64,000 nt of DNA from Candidatus Poribacteria bacterium (GTDB lineage Bacteria > Poribacteria > WGA-4E > WGA-3G), in NCBI GenBank assembly GCA_022824835.1, contig JAJDZB010000074.1:13260-77259 (forward strand), in the 5' to 3' direction. Shown piece after piece: positions 1-11,709 of the stretch (position 1 is the stretch's first letter; every line of letters begins with the position of its first letter). The position numbers and the translations under genes are program-made. Below the pieces are notes generated by a model. The model had not been told where the DNA came from and ran no database searches. It saw nothing but the letters and a program-made list of their open reading frames with translations.

Positions 1-152
1 TGCAGGAGCACTCAGTTGTGTTGGTTCGTGGCGGGCGAGTCAAGGACTTGTCTAACGTTCGTTACCATATTGTTCGTGGTAAATTAGATACGGCTGGCGT
101 TGAGAACCGTCGTCAAGGCCGATCTAAGTACGGTGCGCGGAAACCTAATTAG
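1..152 (+). CDS. rpsL: 30S ribosomal protein S12, C-terminal fragment (5' end lies outside the window)
   Basis: Frame 3 reads ...[49 protein letters not shown], the conserved S12 C-terminus. It is followed by rpsG and fusA as in the str operon. Confidence 0.9.
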   Translation, partial: QEHSVVLVRGGRVKDLSNVRYHIVRGKLDTAGVENRRQGRSKYGARKPN

Positions 153-228
153 ATATTAAAGTATAGATTGGTCTTATAGAGGTAAGAATATATCTTGTAG
201 AACCTATAAGATACGATTTCTGGAGGAG

Positions 229-705
229 TTGGAGATGCCGAGGCGTGGAAACGTTGCAAAACGGGATGTAAGTCCCGATGCAATTCACAATAGCAAGTTA
301 GTTGCAAAATTCATTAATCATTTGATGTGGGATGGCAAGAAAGGAACTGCACAACGGATTGTGTATTCAAGTTTCAAGATTATTGAAGATCGGACTAACG
401 AGGAAGGTTTCACAGTGTTTAACCAAGCGATCAATAATGTCAAACCTGTATTGGAGATTCGTCCACGTCGTGTAGGTAGTCAAACGTATCAAGTGCCAGT
501 TGATGTAAAAGCGGAACGGCGAACGACATTAGCGATTAACTGGATTATTCAGTCTGCCCGGGGCAGAGGTGAAAAAGGTATGGCAGCGCGACTGGCAGGT
601 GAGTTGATGGATGCCTCTCAGAATGAAGGCAACGCAATCGGTAAGAAATCTGAACAACACCGGATGGCAGAAGCAAATAGAGCATTTGCTCATTATAGAT
701 GGTAA
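229..705 (+). CDS. rpsG: 30S ribosomal protein S7
   Basis: 158-aa ORF MPRRGNVAKRDV...RAFAHYRW, a typical S7 sequence and length, in the str operon position. Confidence 0.95.
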   Translation: MEMPRRGNVAKRDVSPDAIHNSKLVAKFINHLMWDGKKGTAQRIVYSSFKIIEDRTNEEGFTVFNQAINNVKPVLEIRPRRVGSQTYQVPVDVKAERRTTLAINWIIQSARGRGEKGMAARLAGELMDASQNEGNAIGKKSEQHRMAEANRAFAHYRW

Positions 706-782
706 CGATTATTCATCATTTTTGATTGTATAATTTTAATAAAGGTTTCATAGAGTCTGGTGGAATAAGGAGTCATAAGACA

Positions 783-2894
783 GTGTCGGAAAAGAAGCAA
801 AGGGTGCTACGAAGTTCAGCCCTATCACATACGCGAAATATCGGTATTATGGCGCATATTGATGCGGGTAAGACAACTGTAACCGAACGCATTCTATTCT
901 ATACGGGTAGGGTTTATCGTATCGGTGAAGTTGACGATGGCACAACTACCATGGATTTTATGGTGCAAGAGCAGGAGCGCGGTATTACGATCACTGCTGC
1001 TGCAACGACTTGCAACTGGAAGGATCACCATATCAATATTATTGATACTCCCGGTCATATTGACTTTACGGTGGAAGTAGAACGTTCATTACGGGTGTTG
1101 GATGGTGCTGTTGCTGTTTTCTGTGCTGTAGGTGGTGTTGAACCACAATCTGAAACTGTATGGCGTCAAGCGGATAAGTACAAGATCCCTCGCATCGCTT
1201 ATGTCAATAAGATGGACAGAACTGGGGCAGACTTTTTCCGAACCGTTGAAATGATGGAGGAGCGTTTAGGTACAACAGCTGTTCCTATTCAGTTACCGAT
1301 TGGGTCTGCGGAACAATTTAAAGGGATTGTTGATCTTATTTCAATGAAGGGCCAATTGTGGGATGAAGGGAGTCTCGGTGCGGTTATTCACGAAACGGAT
1401 ATCCCTGCAGAGATGGAAGAGATGGTGTATGAATATCGGGATAGGTTATTTGCAGCCATTGGTGAATGGGACGATGAGCTCTGTGAGAAGTATATCAATG
1501 GTGTGGAGTTTACACCAGAAGAAATTAAAACTGGATTGCGGCAAGCCGTCCTGAGTAGTAAGGTTGTTCCAGTGCTTTGTGGTTCCGCGTTAAAGAACAA
1601 GGGGGTTCAACCTCTTTTAGATGGCATTGTTACTTACCTTCCCGCTCCCACAGATGTAAAATCGATAGTTGGCTTCAACCCGAAGACAGAGGAAGAAGAA
1701 ACACGTGCTGCTGACAGGGATGACCCGTTCTGTGCTCTTGCCTTTAAGATCACTACCGATCCACATGTTGGCAAACTCACATATCTCCGTGTTTACTCTG
1801 GTGTATTGAACAAAGGTGATACTGTCTATAATAGTAAGACAGAAAAGTATGAGCGTATCGGTAGGCTGATGCAGATGCATGCAAATAAACGTGAAGAGCA
1901 CCAATCTGTCAGTGCTGGCGATATTGTAGCAGCGATCGGACTAAAGGAGTTAAGTACGGGAGACACGATCTGTGATCCCAAGTCACCGATTGCTTTGGAG
2001 ACGATGGTATTTCCGCTGCCTGTCATGTCTGTAGCAGTTGAACCGCGTTCACAGTCAGATATTGACAAGTTAAATCTGGCACTATCGAAGTTGGCTGAGG
2101 AAGATCCGACTTTCAAAGTTCATCAAGATCCGGATACAGGTCAAACGCTTCTCTCTGGTATGGGTGAACTGCATCTGGAAATCATAGTTGATCGTTTAGT
2201 GAGAGAGTTTAACGTATCTGCCAATGTCGGTTCTCCTGAGGTTGCTTATCGTGAAACGCTTCTGAAACCTGTCAAAGCTGAAGGCAGATTTGTCCGTCAG
2301 TCAGGTGGTAAGGGATTGTTTGGACATGTTGTGATAGAAGTATCACCACTTGAGAAAGGTACTGGTTTCGAATTTAGCGATGAGACGAGGGGTGGTGCGA
2401 TTCCTCAAGAATATATTCCTGCGGTTCGTAAAGGGATTGAAAATGCGATGAATGTTGGCACATTAGCGGGTTATCCTGTTGTTGATGTTGGGGTTCGTCT
2501 GGTAGATGGTTCATTTCATCAAGTGGATTCATCAGAGATGGCGTTTTCGATTGCTGGTTCTATGGCGTTTAAAGAAGCTGCGAAGAAGTCAGGTTCGGTA
2601 TTACTTGAACCGATTATGGCAGTTGAAGTCATAGTGCCGGATGAGTATCTTGGGAAAGTGATCGGGGATCTGAATTCACGTCGTGCTCATATTCGGGACA
2701 CTGAGGTGCATGATAAATCCCGCATTCAGGTTGTTCGGGTTGATGTACCGTTGTCTGAGATGTTTGGTTATGTAAAATCGCTTCGTTCGTTGACACAGGG
2801 GCGTGCTAACTATTCAATGGAATTCGCGCATTATCGAGAAGTTCCGACAAGTGTTGCCGAGGAATTGATTTCAAGTGAAGCATCTTCTTCATAG
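783..2894 (+). CDS. fusA: elongation factor G
   Basis: G-domain motifs [17 protein letters not shown] and NKMD plus the EF-G domains. The ORF track opens at 726, but an in-frame GTG at 783 sits behind AGGAG (767-771) and gives the usual EF-G N-terminus (..[10 protein letters not shown]..). Confidence 0.9.
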   Translation: MSEKKQRVLRSSALSHTRNIGIMAHIDAGKTTVTERILFYTGRVYRIGEVDDGTTTMDFMVQEQERGITITAAATTCNWKDHHINIIDTPGHIDFTVEVERSLRVLDGAVAVFCAVGGVEPQSETVWRQADKYKIPRIAYVNKMDRTGADFFRTVEMMEERLGTTAVPIQLPIGSAEQFKGIVDLISMKGQLWDEGSLGAVIHETDIPAEMEEMVYEYRDRLFAAIGEWDDELCEKYINGVEFTPEEIKTGLRQAVLSSKVVPVLCGSALKNKGVQPLLDGIVTYLPAPTDVKSIVGFNPKTEEEETRAADRDDPFCALAFKITTDPHVGKLTYLRVYSGVLNKGDTVYNSKTEKYERIGRLMQMHANKREEHQSVSAGDIVAAIGLKELSTGDTICDPKSPIALETMVFPLPVMSVAVEPRSQSDIDKLNLALSKLAEEDPTFKVHQDPDTGQTLLSGMGELHLEIIVDRLVREFNVSANVGSPEVAYRETLLKPVKAEGRFVRQSGGKGLFGHVVIEVSPLEKGTGFEFSDETRGGAIPQEYIPAVRKGIENAMNVGTLAGYPVVDVGVRLVDGSFHQVDSSEMAFSIAGSMAFKEAAKKSGSVLLEPIMAVEVIVPDEYLGKVIGDLNSRRAHIRDTEVHDKSRIQVVRVDVPLSEMFGYVKSLRSLTQGRANYSMEFAHYREVPTSVAEELISSEASSS

Positions 2895-3140
2895 AACTGA
2901 CGTACTGTAGTATTTGTAAAGAACATAATTATTATCTATTGTTACTTAATCATATAAAAGATTGATGCCAACACGAAAAAGATCGTAAGGCAGAAGTTTA
3001 AACGTCCGAAAAGTTCGGACATGATTGAAACACTTTGTGTGCCTACGTTATGTAGGCTGATGAGAATTTGAATGAAACTCGGGTTTAGCGATATTTAAAA
3101 ACCCATGATACCTAACCTATAATTTGGAGTTTGGACACAA

Positions 3141-4340
3141 ATGGCAAAGCAAGCTTTTGAAAGGACAAAACCTCACGTTAATATTGGTACTATTGGCCAC
3201 GTTGATCATGGTAAGACAACGCTCACAGCGGCGATTACGATGGTCTTATCAAAACTCGCTGACAAAGACTATGTCATGACATACGAGGACATTGACAAAG
3301 CGCCCGAGGAAAAAGAGCGTGGCATTACGATTAACACTGCTCACGTTGAGTATGAGACAGAAAACCGTCATTATGCGCACGTTGACTGCCCTGGACACGC
3401 TGACTACATCAAGAATATGATTACCGGTGCTGCCCAGATGGATGGTGCTATTCTGGTTGTTTCGGCTGCAGATGGTCCTATGCCGCAGACGCGTGAACAC
3501 GTGCTACTTGCCAGACAGGTGAACGTACCTTCTTTGGTCGTTTTCCTTAATAAGGCAGACATGGTGGATGACGAAGAACTGCTGGAACTTGTTGAATTGG
3601 AAGTTCGCGAATTATTGAACGAATATGAATTTCCTGGAGACGATACGCCTCTTATTGCTGGTTCTGCGCTGGAAGCGATGGAATCTGCTGGGGATCCGAC
3701 AAGTGATTCTTGTAAACCGATTCGCGATCTTATGGAAGCAGTTGACGATTTCATTCCAGAACCGGTTCGCGACACTGAAAAACCTTTCTTGATGCCGATT
3801 GAAGACATTTTTACGATCAGTGGACGTGGTACAGTTGTTACGGGTCGTGTTGAACGCGGCATCGTTGAAGTTGGTAATACTGTAGAGATCGTCGGATTAC
3901 GTGACACGACGGATACAGTTGTTACCGGTGTTGAAATGTTCAATAAGTTTCTTGACGAAGGTAGAGCGGGTGACAATATCGGTGCTCTGCTGCGTGGTAT
4001 TGACAGAGATGATGTTGAACGCGGACAAGTATTAGCTATTCCCGGTACGGTTACACCCCACACGAAGTTTGAAGCGGAAGCCTATATCTTGACAAAAGAG
4101 GAAGGCGGACGTTGGAATCCGTTCTTTAGTGGTTATCGTCCACAGTTCTATTTCCGTACAACTGATGTAACGGGTGAAATGAATCTGGAGGAAGGCGTTG
4201 AGATGATTATGCCTGGGGACAACGCGCAGATTACTGTCCAACTCTCTAAACCGATAGCATTAGAAGAACAACTGCGTTTCGCTATCCGTGAAGGTGGTCA
4301 CACTATCGGCGCGGGTGTTGTCTCTAAGATTCTTGAGTAA
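3141..4340 (+). CDS. tuf: elongation factor Tu
   Basis: 399 aa, [28 protein letters not shown]..., with DCPGHADY and NKAD motifs. Confidence 0.97.
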   Translation: MAKQAFERTKPHVNIGTIGHVDHGKTTLTAAITMVLSKLADKDYVMTYEDIDKAPEEKERGITINTAHVEYETENRHYAHVDCPGHADYIKNMITGAAQMDGAILVVSAADGPMPQTREHVLLARQVNVPSLVVFLNKADMVDDEELLELVELEVRELLNEYEFPGDDTPLIAGSALEAMESAGDPTSDSCKPIRDLMEAVDDFIPEPVRDTEKPFLMPIEDIFTISGRGTVVTGRVERGIVEVGNTVEIVGLRDTTDTVVTGVEMFNKFLDEGRAGDNIGALLRGIDRDDVERGQVLAIPGTVTPHTKFEAEAYILTKEEGGRWNPFFSGYRPQFYFRTTDVTGEMNLEEGVEMIMPGDNAQITVQLSKPIALEEQLRFAIREGGHTIGAGVVSKILE

Positions 4341-4523
4341 CGAGTGAGGTATTTGTAGGGTTCGTTCCTCGTAAATCTGGCATATACCGTGTGTAGGTAT
4401 CTTGTCAGGATGGTCAAGGTAAAAAGCACAATAGTGGATATAACTTGATGGGTTCTGGCAAGATACATGCGATAAAGATAGGTTTACAAGGGAGCGCATC
4501 GTTACTTTTGAAGAGGTAAAGAA

Positions 4524-4838
4524 GTGATGAACAATCAGAAAATACGCATTCGGTTAAAAGCTTATGATCACCGACTGCTTGACCAGTCGGCTAGGCAAAT
4601 TGCCGAAACGGCTAAAAAGACTCAGGCGAGGGTATCAGGTCCAATTCCGTTGCCTACTAAGAAGCATATCTATACAGTTCAACGGTCAACCTTTAAGGAC
4701 AAGAAGTCAAGAGAACAATTTGAAATGCGTATACATAAACGGTTATTGGATATCCTTGAAACTGCACCTAAAACAGTGGATGCGCTGATGCGGCTTGACC
4801 TTCCCGCTGGTGTTGATGTCAAAATTACATTACTATAA
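4524..4838 (+). CDS. rpsJ: 30S ribosomal protein S10
   Basis: [22 protein letters not shown]..., the canonical S10 N-terminus, 104 aa. Confidence 0.95.
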   Translation: MMNNQKIRIRLKAYDHRLLDQSARQIAETAKKTQARVSGPIPLPTKKHIYTVQRSTFKDKKSREQFEMRIHKRLLDILETAPKTVDALMRLDLPAGVDVKITLL

Positions 4839-4848
4839 GGACGAGGAA

Positions 4849-5505
4849 ATGGTTAACGGTATTATAGGTAGAAAAGTTGGAATGACACAAATCTTTGAAG
4901 ATACGGGGAAAGTTATTCCGGTTACTGTGATTGAAGCAGGTCCTTGTCCAATTGTTCAAGTAAAGACGCAGGAACGGGATGGATACCAAGCTGTTCAATT
5001 AGGTTTTGGTAAACGCAAGGAAAACAAGTTCAACAGTCCTAAACGCGGACACTTTGCCAAGGCTGATGTTGCACCGACCCGTGTACTTCGGGAATTCCGT
5101 GTGGAGAGTCTTGAAGATGTTAATGTAGGTGAAACTGTTGATGCAAGTCTATTCTCTGAAGGTGAATTTGTTGATATAACAGGGACATCAAAAGGGCACG
5201 GATTTACTGGGGTTGTTAAACGATACGGATTTAAGGGTGGTAGAAAAAGCCATGGCGGTGAACAAGACTTACGTCGTCCGGGGTCTATCGGTGCCAGTGC
5301 TACACCATCGCGTGTGTTTAAAGGAAAGAAAATGCCAGGACGATACGGTGCGAAACGACACACCGTGCAGAATTTACAGGTTATTCAAGCCGATGCTGAA
5401 AGGAATCTGTTAGTTGTTAAGGGGTCAATTCCGGGTCCACCTAACGGTATCCTCCTCATTAAAAAGGCTATAAAATCGTCTGAAACGGACAATAAAGGAA
5501 GTTAG
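4849..5505 (+). CDS. rplC: 50S ribosomal protein L3
   Basis: [29 protein letters not shown].. is the L3 N-terminus. ATG 4849 is preferred over the upstream ORF start at 4795, which overlaps the end of rpsJ. Confidence 0.9.
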   Translation: MVNGIIGRKVGMTQIFEDTGKVIPVTVIEAGPCPIVQVKTQERDGYQAVQLGFGKRKENKFNSPKRGHFAKADVAPTRVLREFRVESLEDVNVGETVDASLFSEGEFVDITGTSKGHGFTGVVKRYGFKGGRKSHGGEQDLRRPGSIGASATPSRVFKGKKMPGRYGAKRHTVQNLQVIQADAERNLLVVKGSIPGPPNGILLIKKAIKSSETDNKGS

Positions 5506-5602
5506 CTTGATATAGATATAAAACCTGAAACCCCAGCACCCTCAATAAGAGAGCCGGGGTAATTCATGTCAAGTCTTGCATATCGGAGAAAGAGAAAAGA
5601 AA

Positions 5603-6253
5603 ATGGCAACGTTAAATGTTCATAATCGTTCAGGAGAGGTCCTTCACGAAAAGGAACTATCGGATTCATTCACACATGCTGAAGTCAACACTGATGTTAT
5701 ACATCAATGTGTTGTAGCGTATCTTGCTAACCAGCGAACTGGTACTGCTTCAACAAAAATCAGAAGTGAAGTTCGGGGAAGTGGTAAGAAGTTATACCGA
5801 CAGAAGGGGACTGGCAGAGCCCGTGTTGGTGATGCAAGGTCGCCGATACGCGTAAGGGGAGGTGTTGCGTTCGGTCCAAAACCGCGTAGTTACCGTCAGA
5901 ATACGCCTAAACAGGTCCGCAGGCTCGGATTAAAATGTGCTATTGCTGATCGTTTTCAAAATGAACAGTGTGTGCTTATTGAAGATTTCACGCTTGAACG
6001 ACCGAGAACAAAGGAGATAGTTTCTCTGTTGGATGCTCTTAACTTAGAGGGAAAAGTGTTGTTCGTTCTTGATGAGCATAACCCGAATATCTTTCTTTCT
6101 CTACGTAATATTCCTAAAGTAAATAGCTGCACCTGGGATACGCTCAATATATATCAAGTATTGTGGCATGATAAGTTGGTGATTACGGAGCGGGCGTCAG
6201 AGAAATTAGAAGCAAAGTTTGCAGATTTAGAAGGGGAACATGATGAAGGATAA
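5603..6253 (+). CDS. rplD: 50S ribosomal protein L4
   Basis: MATLNVHNRSGEV... is L4-like. ATG at 5603 is chosen over 5576 for its position after L3. Confidence 0.88.
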   Translation: MATLNVHNRSGEVLHEKELSDSFTHAEVNTDVIHQCVVAYLANQRTGTASTKIRSEVRGSGKKLYRQKGTGRARVGDARSPIRVRGGVAFGPKPRSYRQNTPKQVRRLGLKCAIADRFQNEQCVLIEDFTLERPRTKEIVSLLDALNLEGKVLFVLDEHNPNIFLSLRNIPKVNSCTWDTLNIYQVLWHDKLVITERASEKLEAKFADLEGEHDEG

Positions 6254-6542
6254 ATACCAAGTTATTTTACGACCTCATATCACAGAAAAAAGCACACTTC
6301 TCCGTGAGGATAATAAGTATTCCTTCGTTGTAAGTCGGGACGCGACGAAGAAAGATATCCGAAGAGCAGCTGAAGAAATGTTTGATATTAAGGGGAATAT
6401 TATAGACGTTCACACGATGCAAGTTCGTGGAAAAGTTAAAGGCAGAATGAATCGCTATCAGAAGGGGCGTAGACCCCATTGGAAAAAGGCTATTATTACT
6501 GTAACAGAAGGAACTCGAATATCGGTTTTCGAGAGTATATAA
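6240..6542 (+). CDS. rplW: 50S ribosomal protein L23
   Basis: 100 aa, MMKDKYQVILRPHITEKS.., overlapping the rplD stop. Confidence 0.9.
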   Translation: MMKDKYQVILRPHITEKSTLLREDNKYSFVVSRDATKKDIRRAAEEMFDIKGNIIDVHTMQVRGKVKGRMNRYQKGRRPHWKKAIITVTEGTRISVFESI

Positions 6543-6566
6543 TGTATTAATCAGAGGAATTAGAAA

Positions 6567-7382
6567 GTGGCTAAGACATATAAACCTGTCACACCGAGTC
6601 GTCGTTTCATGACTGGGTATACTTTTGAAGAGATTACACGGCAGAAACCTGAAAAATCGCTTGTTAAGGGGTTGAAGAAGAATGCTGGTCGTAATAGTAA
6701 AGGTCGTATAACAGTACGCAGACGAGGTGGTGGACACAAACGCAGATATCGTATTATTGATTTTAAACGGGATAAGTTTGATATTCCAGCCAAGGTAGCC
6801 TCTATTGAGTATGATCCGAATCGTTCCGCACATATTGCGTTACTGCATTATGCGGATGGGGAGAAACGTTACATCCTTGCCCCAGTCGGTTTACGTGTTG
6901 GTGATACAGTTACCTCTGGTCCAGAATCAGAAATAAGTGTTGGAAATGCATTACCGCTTGAAAAGATTCCTTTAGGTTCTTCTATCCATAATATAGAGAT
7001 GCAACCGGGTAAAGGTGGACAGTTGGTGCGTAGTGCGGGTGTATCTGCCCAGTTAGTAGATCGTGAGGGTAAATATGCGCGTATACGATTACCTTCCGGT
7101 GAAATACGTCTTGTGCTTGTAAAGTGCATGGCAACCATCGGACAAGTTGGAAATGTTACAACGATAGTTGTTGGTAAAGCGGGGCGTTCGCGGTGGTTAG
7201 GCAAACGGCCAAAAGTTAGAGGCGTCGCGATGAATCCTGTTGATCATCCTCATGGTGGTGGTGAAGGGAAAAGTTCTGGGGGTAGACACCCGGTGACACC
7301 TTGGGGAGTACCGACAAAAGGGTATCGGACAAGGAATCCTAAGAAGAGATCCAGTCGTCATATTATGAGTAGACGTAAGTAA
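6567..7382 (+). CDS. rplB: 50S ribosomal protein L2
   Basis: GTG start, (M)[15 protein letters not shown]..., with the C-terminal [14 protein letters not shown] motif. Confidence 0.95.
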   Translation: MAKTYKPVTPSRRFMTGYTFEEITRQKPEKSLVKGLKKNAGRNSKGRITVRRRGGGHKRRYRIIDFKRDKFDIPAKVASIEYDPNRSAHIALLHYADGEKRYILAPVGLRVGDTVTSGPESEISVGNALPLEKIPLGSSIHNIEMQPGKGGQLVRSAGVSAQLVDREGKYARIRLPSGEIRLVLVKCMATIGQVGNVTTIVVGKAGRSRWLGKRPKVRGVAMNPVDHPHGGGEGKSSGGRHPVTPWGVPTKGYRTRNPKKRSSRHIMSRRK

Positions 7383-7427
7383 GATGTCATTTTCGGTTAT
7401 GCATGACATGTTTAAAAGGAGACTTGA

Positions 7428-7706
7428 ATGCCGCGTTCAATTAAAAAAGGTCCCTATGTTGACGCAAAACTTGCCAAACATATAGCAGAGATGGAACAAT
7501 CAGGGAGTAAACGCGTTATCCGTACGTGGGCTCGCAGTTCAACTATTACACCGGAATTTGTTGGACATACTGTAGCGATTCATAATGGTAAGAAGTTCTT
7601 TCCGGTTTATATAACAGAAAACATGGTTGGTCATAAACTTGGTGAATTCGCTCCAACACGGACTTTCCGTTCACACGCTGGCGGAGGAGCAACGAGGAGA
7701 CAATAA
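7428..7706 (+). CDS. rpsS: 30S ribosomal protein S19
   Basis: [12 protein letters not shown]... with the conserved HNGKKF motif, 92 aa. Confidence 0.95.
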   Translation: MPRSIKKGPYVDAKLAKHIAEMEQSGSKRVIRTWARSSTITPEFVGHTVAIHNGKKFFPVYITENMVGHKLGEFAPTRTFRSHAGGGATRRQ

Positions 7707-7849
7707 TGTTCAGGATGCATGTGTAAATGAAGTAATATTAGGTTATAGTGTTTCTCTATTTTGAGATATTAAGTCTATAATGGGTTATAATGGGAGTTTT
7801 GAAAGATACTCTCAGCAAGGTAGTGTGTATAAAGTCTTAGGAGATAGTA

Positions 7850-8203
7850 ATGGAAGGAAGAGCGAAGATTCGGAACGTTTCGGTAGCCCCGCGTAAAGCG
7901 CGGCTTGTTGCCGACTTGGTCAAGAATCAGTACGTTGATGATGCCCTAAATCAACTGTTCTTTACACATAAAGCGGCGGCCCCTGTGATTTACAAGCTGA
8001 TTCAATCTGCAGCAGCAAATGTTCAGTATCAAGACCCTACAATTGATGCCGCTAATTTGTACGTCAAAGAGATACGTGTTGATGAAGGGATTACACGAAA
8101 ATGGATACGGCACCGTGCGAGAGGTATGGCTAACCGTATATTTAAGCGTCAAAGTCATATCACTGTTGTTGTGGATGAGGAGATCGATGATGATGTTGAA
8201 TAG
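7850..8203 (+). CDS. rplV: 50S ribosomal protein L22
   Basis: 117 aa in the L22 position. ..VSVAPRKARLVADLVKN.. is the L22 signature region. Confidence 0.9.
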   Translation: MEGRAKIRNVSVAPRKARLVADLVKNQYVDDALNQLFFTHKAAAPVIYKLIQSAAANVQYQDPTIDAANLYVKEIRVDEGITRKWIRHRARGMANRIFKRQSHITVVVDEEIDDDVE

Positions 8204-8269
8204 AAGCTGCTACTGTAGCACCAACGTCTTCTCAAAAACAGATGTGCCAGTGTCCAACAGGAGGTTTGT

Positions 8270-9169
8270 GTGGGACAAAAAACTCACCCGCGCGGGTTAC
8301 GTTTAGGAATAATTGAGACTTGGGATTCCAAGTGGTACAGCGACCGAGATTATGCTAAATGGTTGCATGAGGATTTACAGATTCAGCAGCACATCAAGAC
8401 GAAATTGGTTCGCGCAGGCATCTCTAAAATAGAAGTTGAACGAGTTGCTGAAAAATGTAGTGTATTCATTCATACGGCTCGTCCGGGTATTGTGATCGGA
8501 CGTCGTGGTGCTGAAACAGAGAAATTACAAGAGGAGCTTCATAAACTCGTTGGCCGTCCGGTAAAAGTTGAGGTAGAGGAGATAAAAGTACCAGAGCTTG
8601 ATGCCCAACTTCTCGCTGAAGCTGTTGCGACACAGATTGAACGCCGTACTAGTTTTAAGCAGGCGATGCGGCGAAACATCGCTGTTTCAATGCAAGCTGG
8701 TGCACAAGGTGTTAAAGTCATGGTGAGTGGTAGATTAGACGGTAAAGAAATTGCACGATCAGAATCCAGCCTGGAAGGACGAGTGCCTTTACATACCCTT
8801 AGAGCTAATGTTGATTATGGGTTTACCGAAGCTAATACGACTTATGGGAAAATCGGTGTCAAAACATGGATTTTCAAAGGTGAAATACTGGGTGTTCCTG
8901 AAGAATTAAGTGGAGAATTCGACGCTAAACGAAAACAGCAGAGCGGTAGACGGAGTAATACAAGAGAATCACGGTCTGGAGGTAGTCAAGGTGGGAACAG
9001 ACAATCCAGGAATAGGCAATCTGGGAATAGACAATCTGGAAATAGACAATCTGGGAACAGACAGTCTGGGAATAGACAATCTGGGAACCGCAATAATCCA
9101 CGTGACCAAAGAAACCAACGCAATAACAGACAAAGACAGCAAAGAACTACTAACCAGCGAGATGGGTAA
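8270..9169 (+). CDS. rpsC: 30S ribosomal protein S3 with a ~70-aa Arg/Gln/Asn-rich C-terminal extension
   Basis: GTG start behind AGGAGG; (M)GQKTHPRGLRLGII.. with the KH and S3-C domains. The tail (NRQSG)x6...QRNNRQRQQR is encoded by 15-bp tandem repeats at 8993-9082. Confidence 0.92.
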   Translation: MGQKTHPRGLRLGIIETWDSKWYSDRDYAKWLHEDLQIQQHIKTKLVRAGISKIEVERVAEKCSVFIHTARPGIVIGRRGAETEKLQEELHKLVGRPVKVEVEEIKVPELDAQLLAEAVATQIERRTSFKQAMRRNIAVSMQAGAQGVKVMVSGRLDGKEIARSESSLEGRVPLHTLRANVDYGFTEANTTYGKIGVKTWIFKGEILGVPEELSGEFDAKRKQQSGRRSNTRESRSGGSQGGNRQSRNRQSGNRQSGNRQSGNRQSGNRQSGNRNNPRDQRNQRNNRQRQQRTTNQRDG

Positions 9170-9229
9170 TATCATAATGATGTTTCGTTTACCATCCGCT
9201 GACGAATTGTATAAAGGAGTCATATTCAG

Positions 9230-9643
9230 ATGTTGATGCCGAAACGCGTAATGCATCGAAAAGTACACCGCGGAAAACGCAGAGGAAAACCGCGACGTGG
9301 GTCACAAATTAGCTTCGGTGAATACGGTTTACAAGCGATGGAAGCCGGGTGGATAACAAGCAACCAGATAGAATCTGGAAGGGTTGCAATTACTCGTGCT
9401 GTTCGCCGTGGTGGTAAAATGTGGATAAAGATATTCCCACATAAACCTATTACCAAAAAACCCGCTGAAACACGCATGGGGGGTGGCAAAGGTGCTCCTG
9501 AATTCTGGGTTGCTGTTGTAAAACCCGGTAGGATAATCTATGAATTGAGTGGTGTTCCTCGTGAAGTCGCAAAAGACGCTATGGAACGGGCTGCATATAA
9601 GTTTCCAATTAAAACAAAATTTGTTGCTCGTAATGAGGTATAG
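9230..9643 (+). CDS. rplP: 50S ribosomal protein L16
   Basis: [15 protein letters not shown].., 137 aa. Confidence 0.95.
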   Translation: MLMPKRVMHRKVHRGKRRGKPRRGSQISFGEYGLQAMEAGWITSNQIESGRVAITRAVRRGGKMWIKIFPHKPITKKPAETRMGGGKGAPEFWVAVVKPGRIIYELSGVPREVAKDAMERAAYKFPIKTKFVARNEV

Positions 9644-9645
9644 TC

Positions 9646-9858
9646 ATGAAAGCACATGAATTAAGAGGCAGATCCACTGAAGAACTGGTAACAGAATTGG
9701 AAGATTTAAAAGAGAATCTATTCAATCAGAAAGCCAGGGGTATTTTAGGTCAGTTAGAAGATACGACGATTCTTGGCAAGCTGAGAAAAGACATTGCTCG
9801 TGTAAAAACTATACTCCGTGCTCGTGAATTAGAGGGCGAAAGTCAAACGCATACATAG
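9646..9858 (+). CDS. rpmC: 50S ribosomal protein L29
   Basis: 70 aa, MKAHELRGRSTEELVTELEDLKENLFN.. Confidence 0.9.
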   Translation: MKAHELRGRSTEELVTELEDLKENLFNQKARGILGQLEDTTILGKLRKDIARVKTILRARELEGESQTHT

Positions 9859-9880
9859 ATAGTAGACTATAAAGGACGAA

Positions 9881-10156
9881 TTGGAAGTGGAAAAACGTAG
9901 ACACCGTAAAATCCGTACAGGAACTGTTGTCAGTAATCGCATGGCGAAAACTGTTAGCGTTGCAATTGTTCGGAGTTATCAACATCCGCTATACAAAAAA
10001 GTTGTGCGATCTACCAAAAAGGTCTTGGCACATGACGAACAGAATCAATGCAATGTTGGTGATGTTGTTCAAGTGGTTGAGAGTCGACCGCTTAGTCGTC
10101 ATAAACGGTGGCGGGTGCAATCTATAATATCAGCGGCACAATCTGCTACTGATTAA
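9881..10156 (+). CDS. rpsQ: 30S ribosomal protein S17
   Basis: TTG or GTG start; ..[23 protein letters not shown]... is S17-like. Confidence 0.88.
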   Translation: MEVEKRRHRKIRTGTVVSNRMAKTVSVAIVRSYQHPLYKKVVRSTKKVLAHDEQNQCNVGDVVQVVESRPLSRHKRWRVQSIISAAQSATD

Positions 10157-10176
10157 CTTGGAAGGAAGGTACCGCA

Positions 10177-10545
10177 ATGGTTCAATCTTATACACGATTA
10201 ACCTGCGCTGATAATTCTGGTGCCAGAAATCTCATGTGTATTAGTGTCCTTGGGGGTACCCGAAGGCGTTATGCACGCGTTGGTGATATAATAGTCGCAA
10301 GTATTAAAGAAGCAGCTCCGAATACACAGGTCAAAGCGGGTGAAGTGGTCCGCGCTGTAGTTGTTCGGACGGCAAAAGAATATAGGCGTCCAGATGGTTC
10401 CTATATCAAATTTGATCAGAATGCAGCAGTCCTCGTTAATGCGGAAAATGAACCGAGGGGTACACGCATTTTCGGGCCGGTTGCTCGTGAACTACGCGAA
10501 AAATCTTTCACCAGAATCGTTTCTCTTGCGCCAGAGGTGATTTAG
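10177..10545 (+). CDS. rplN: 50S ribosomal protein L14
   Basis: [27 protein letters not shown].., 122 aa. Confidence 0.95.
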   Translation: MVQSYTRLTCADNSGARNLMCISVLGGTRRRYARVGDIIVASIKEAAPNTQVKAGEVVRAVVVRTAKEYRRPDGSYIKFDQNAAVLVNAENEPRGTRIFGPVARELREKSFTRIVSLAPEVI

Positions 10546-10548
10546 GAG

Positions 10549-10794
10549 GTGCAGATTATGCCGAAAAAGAAAAAGCTGCATATAAAAAAAGATGATTTAG
10601 TGTTGGTCTTGAGTGGTAAGGATCGAGGCAAACAAGGCGTTGTGTTGGAAATATACCCGAGAAAAGAGAGAGCAGTTGTTGAAGGGGTCCATTTTATCAA
10701 ACGTCACTTGCGTCCTAATCAGATGGGACAAGGTGGGATTGTTGAACGGGAAGGAACCATTCACATCTCAAACTTAAAGAAGGTTGATGGATAA
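10549..10794 (+). CDS. rplX: 50S ribosomal protein L24 (short form, 81 aa)
   Basis: KOW motif LVLVLSGKDRGKQGVV; in the L24 position. Confidence 0.85.
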   Translation: MQIMPKKKKLHIKKDDLVLVLSGKDRGKQGVVLEIYPRKERAVVEGVHFIKRHLRPNQMGQGGIVEREGTIHISNLKKVDG

Positions 10795-10888
10795 ATTGTA
10801 TCGTTACTTTGTAGGTATTAGTTATTAGATTTGTTGTAATCTTGTAAACAAGATTAAGATAACCGTTAGATCATAGGATATAAGGTTA

Positions 10889-11452
10889 ATGAGTCAATTT
10901 AAAGAATTTTATCAAACAGAAGTCGTTCCTGCATTGCAAAAAGAGTTTAGTTATAAGAATGTGATGCAAATACCGAAATTAGAAAAAATTACATTGAATA
11001 TTGGTGTTGGTGAGGCATTAGAAAACCCGAAGGCACTTGAAGATGCTGTTGAAGAGTTGACACGTATTGCTGGACAACGAGCGGTCATAACACGTGCGAG
11101 AAGGTCTATCTCTGCTTTCAAAATTAGAGGTCCGTCAAAAAAGGCACGGACCCCGGGTTCTGCAATTGGATGTAAAGTTACGCTTCGTCAGACTCGGATG
11201 TATGAGTTTCTTAACCGCCTGATTAATGTTGTCCTGCCGCAGATTAGAGACTTTCGTGGTGTTTCACCGGATGCTTTTGATGGTCGCGGGAACTACTCAT
11301 TAGGATTAACCGAACAGCTTATTTTCCCGGAAATTGATTATGACGATGTGAACGATATCCGTGGTATGAACGTAACGATCGGGACAACTTCAAAAACTGA
11401 TGCAGAAGCGCGGGCATTGTTGCGCGAGTTCGGTATGCCGTTTAGACAGTGA
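10889..11452 (+). CDS. rplE: 50S ribosomal protein L5
   Basis: 187 aa, ..[19 protein letters not shown].. is L5-like. Confidence 0.93.
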   Translation: MSQFKEFYQTEVVPALQKEFSYKNVMQIPKLEKITLNIGVGEALENPKALEDAVEELTRIAGQRAVITRARRSISAFKIRGPSKKARTPGSAIGCKVTLRQTRMYEFLNRLINVVLPQIRDFRGVSPDAFDGRGNYSLGLTEQLIFPEIDYDDVNDIRGMNVTIGTTSKTDAEARALLREFGMPFRQ

Positions 11453-11509
11453 CCCTCGTTCTGATTGAATAATTGCGAAGTGCATTTAACGATTAAAGGA
11501 GTATTAAAG

Positions 11510-11695
11510 TTGGCGAGTAAATCATGGATTGCCAGAAATAAAAGAACACCTCGATTTCGCACAAGAAAATATAGTCGCTGTAAGCATTGTGGCCGAGCGA
11601 GAGGGTATCTGCGTAAGTTTGAATTATGTCGAATTTGCTTTCGTCTTTTTGCGCGAGCAGGCAAAATACCTGGTGTCAGAAAGGCGAGTTGGTAA
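11510..11695 (+). CDS. rpsZ: 30S ribosomal protein S14 type Z (zinc-binding)
   Basis: A TTG start gives (M)[60 protein letters not shown], with CxxC...CxxC. The 76-aa track ORF from 11465 overlaps the rplE stop. Confidence 0.85.
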   Translation: MASKSWIARNKRTPRFRTRKYSRCKHCGRARGYLRKFELCRICFRLFARAGKIPGVRKASW

Positions 11696-11709
11696 GAAGG
11701 AGATTATTC

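Noticed and set aside
1363-2116. Track ORFs 1363-1554(+), 1388-1600(-), 1617-1904(-) and 1826-2116(-) inside fusA.
   Set aside because: They are embedded in or antisense to the strongly supported EF-G reading frame, low-complexity, and lack RBS. Spurious.
2895-3140. Looked for tRNA genes in the fusA-tuf and tuf-rpsJ spacers and elsewhere, since tRNAs often accompany tuf.
   Set aside because: I found no cloverleaf-compatible sequence: no GTTC-type T-arm with matching acceptor stems. Only a GTCCGAAAAGTTCGGAC hairpin is present. No tRNA is called.
3249-4499. Antisense ORFs within and after tuf (3249-3500, 3404-4063, 4032-4241, 4260-4499).
   Set aside because: Antisense to EF-Tu with Ser/Thr-rich compositions typical of reverse-frame artefacts. 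The last lies in the tuf-rpsJ spacer without support.
8910-9268. ORFs 8910-9236(+) and 8969-9268(-) with LGIDNLGIDNL and RLSIPRLS repeats.
   Set aside because: Alternative or antisense frames through the 15-bp tandem repeats inside the S3 C-terminal extension. Repeat-induced artefacts.
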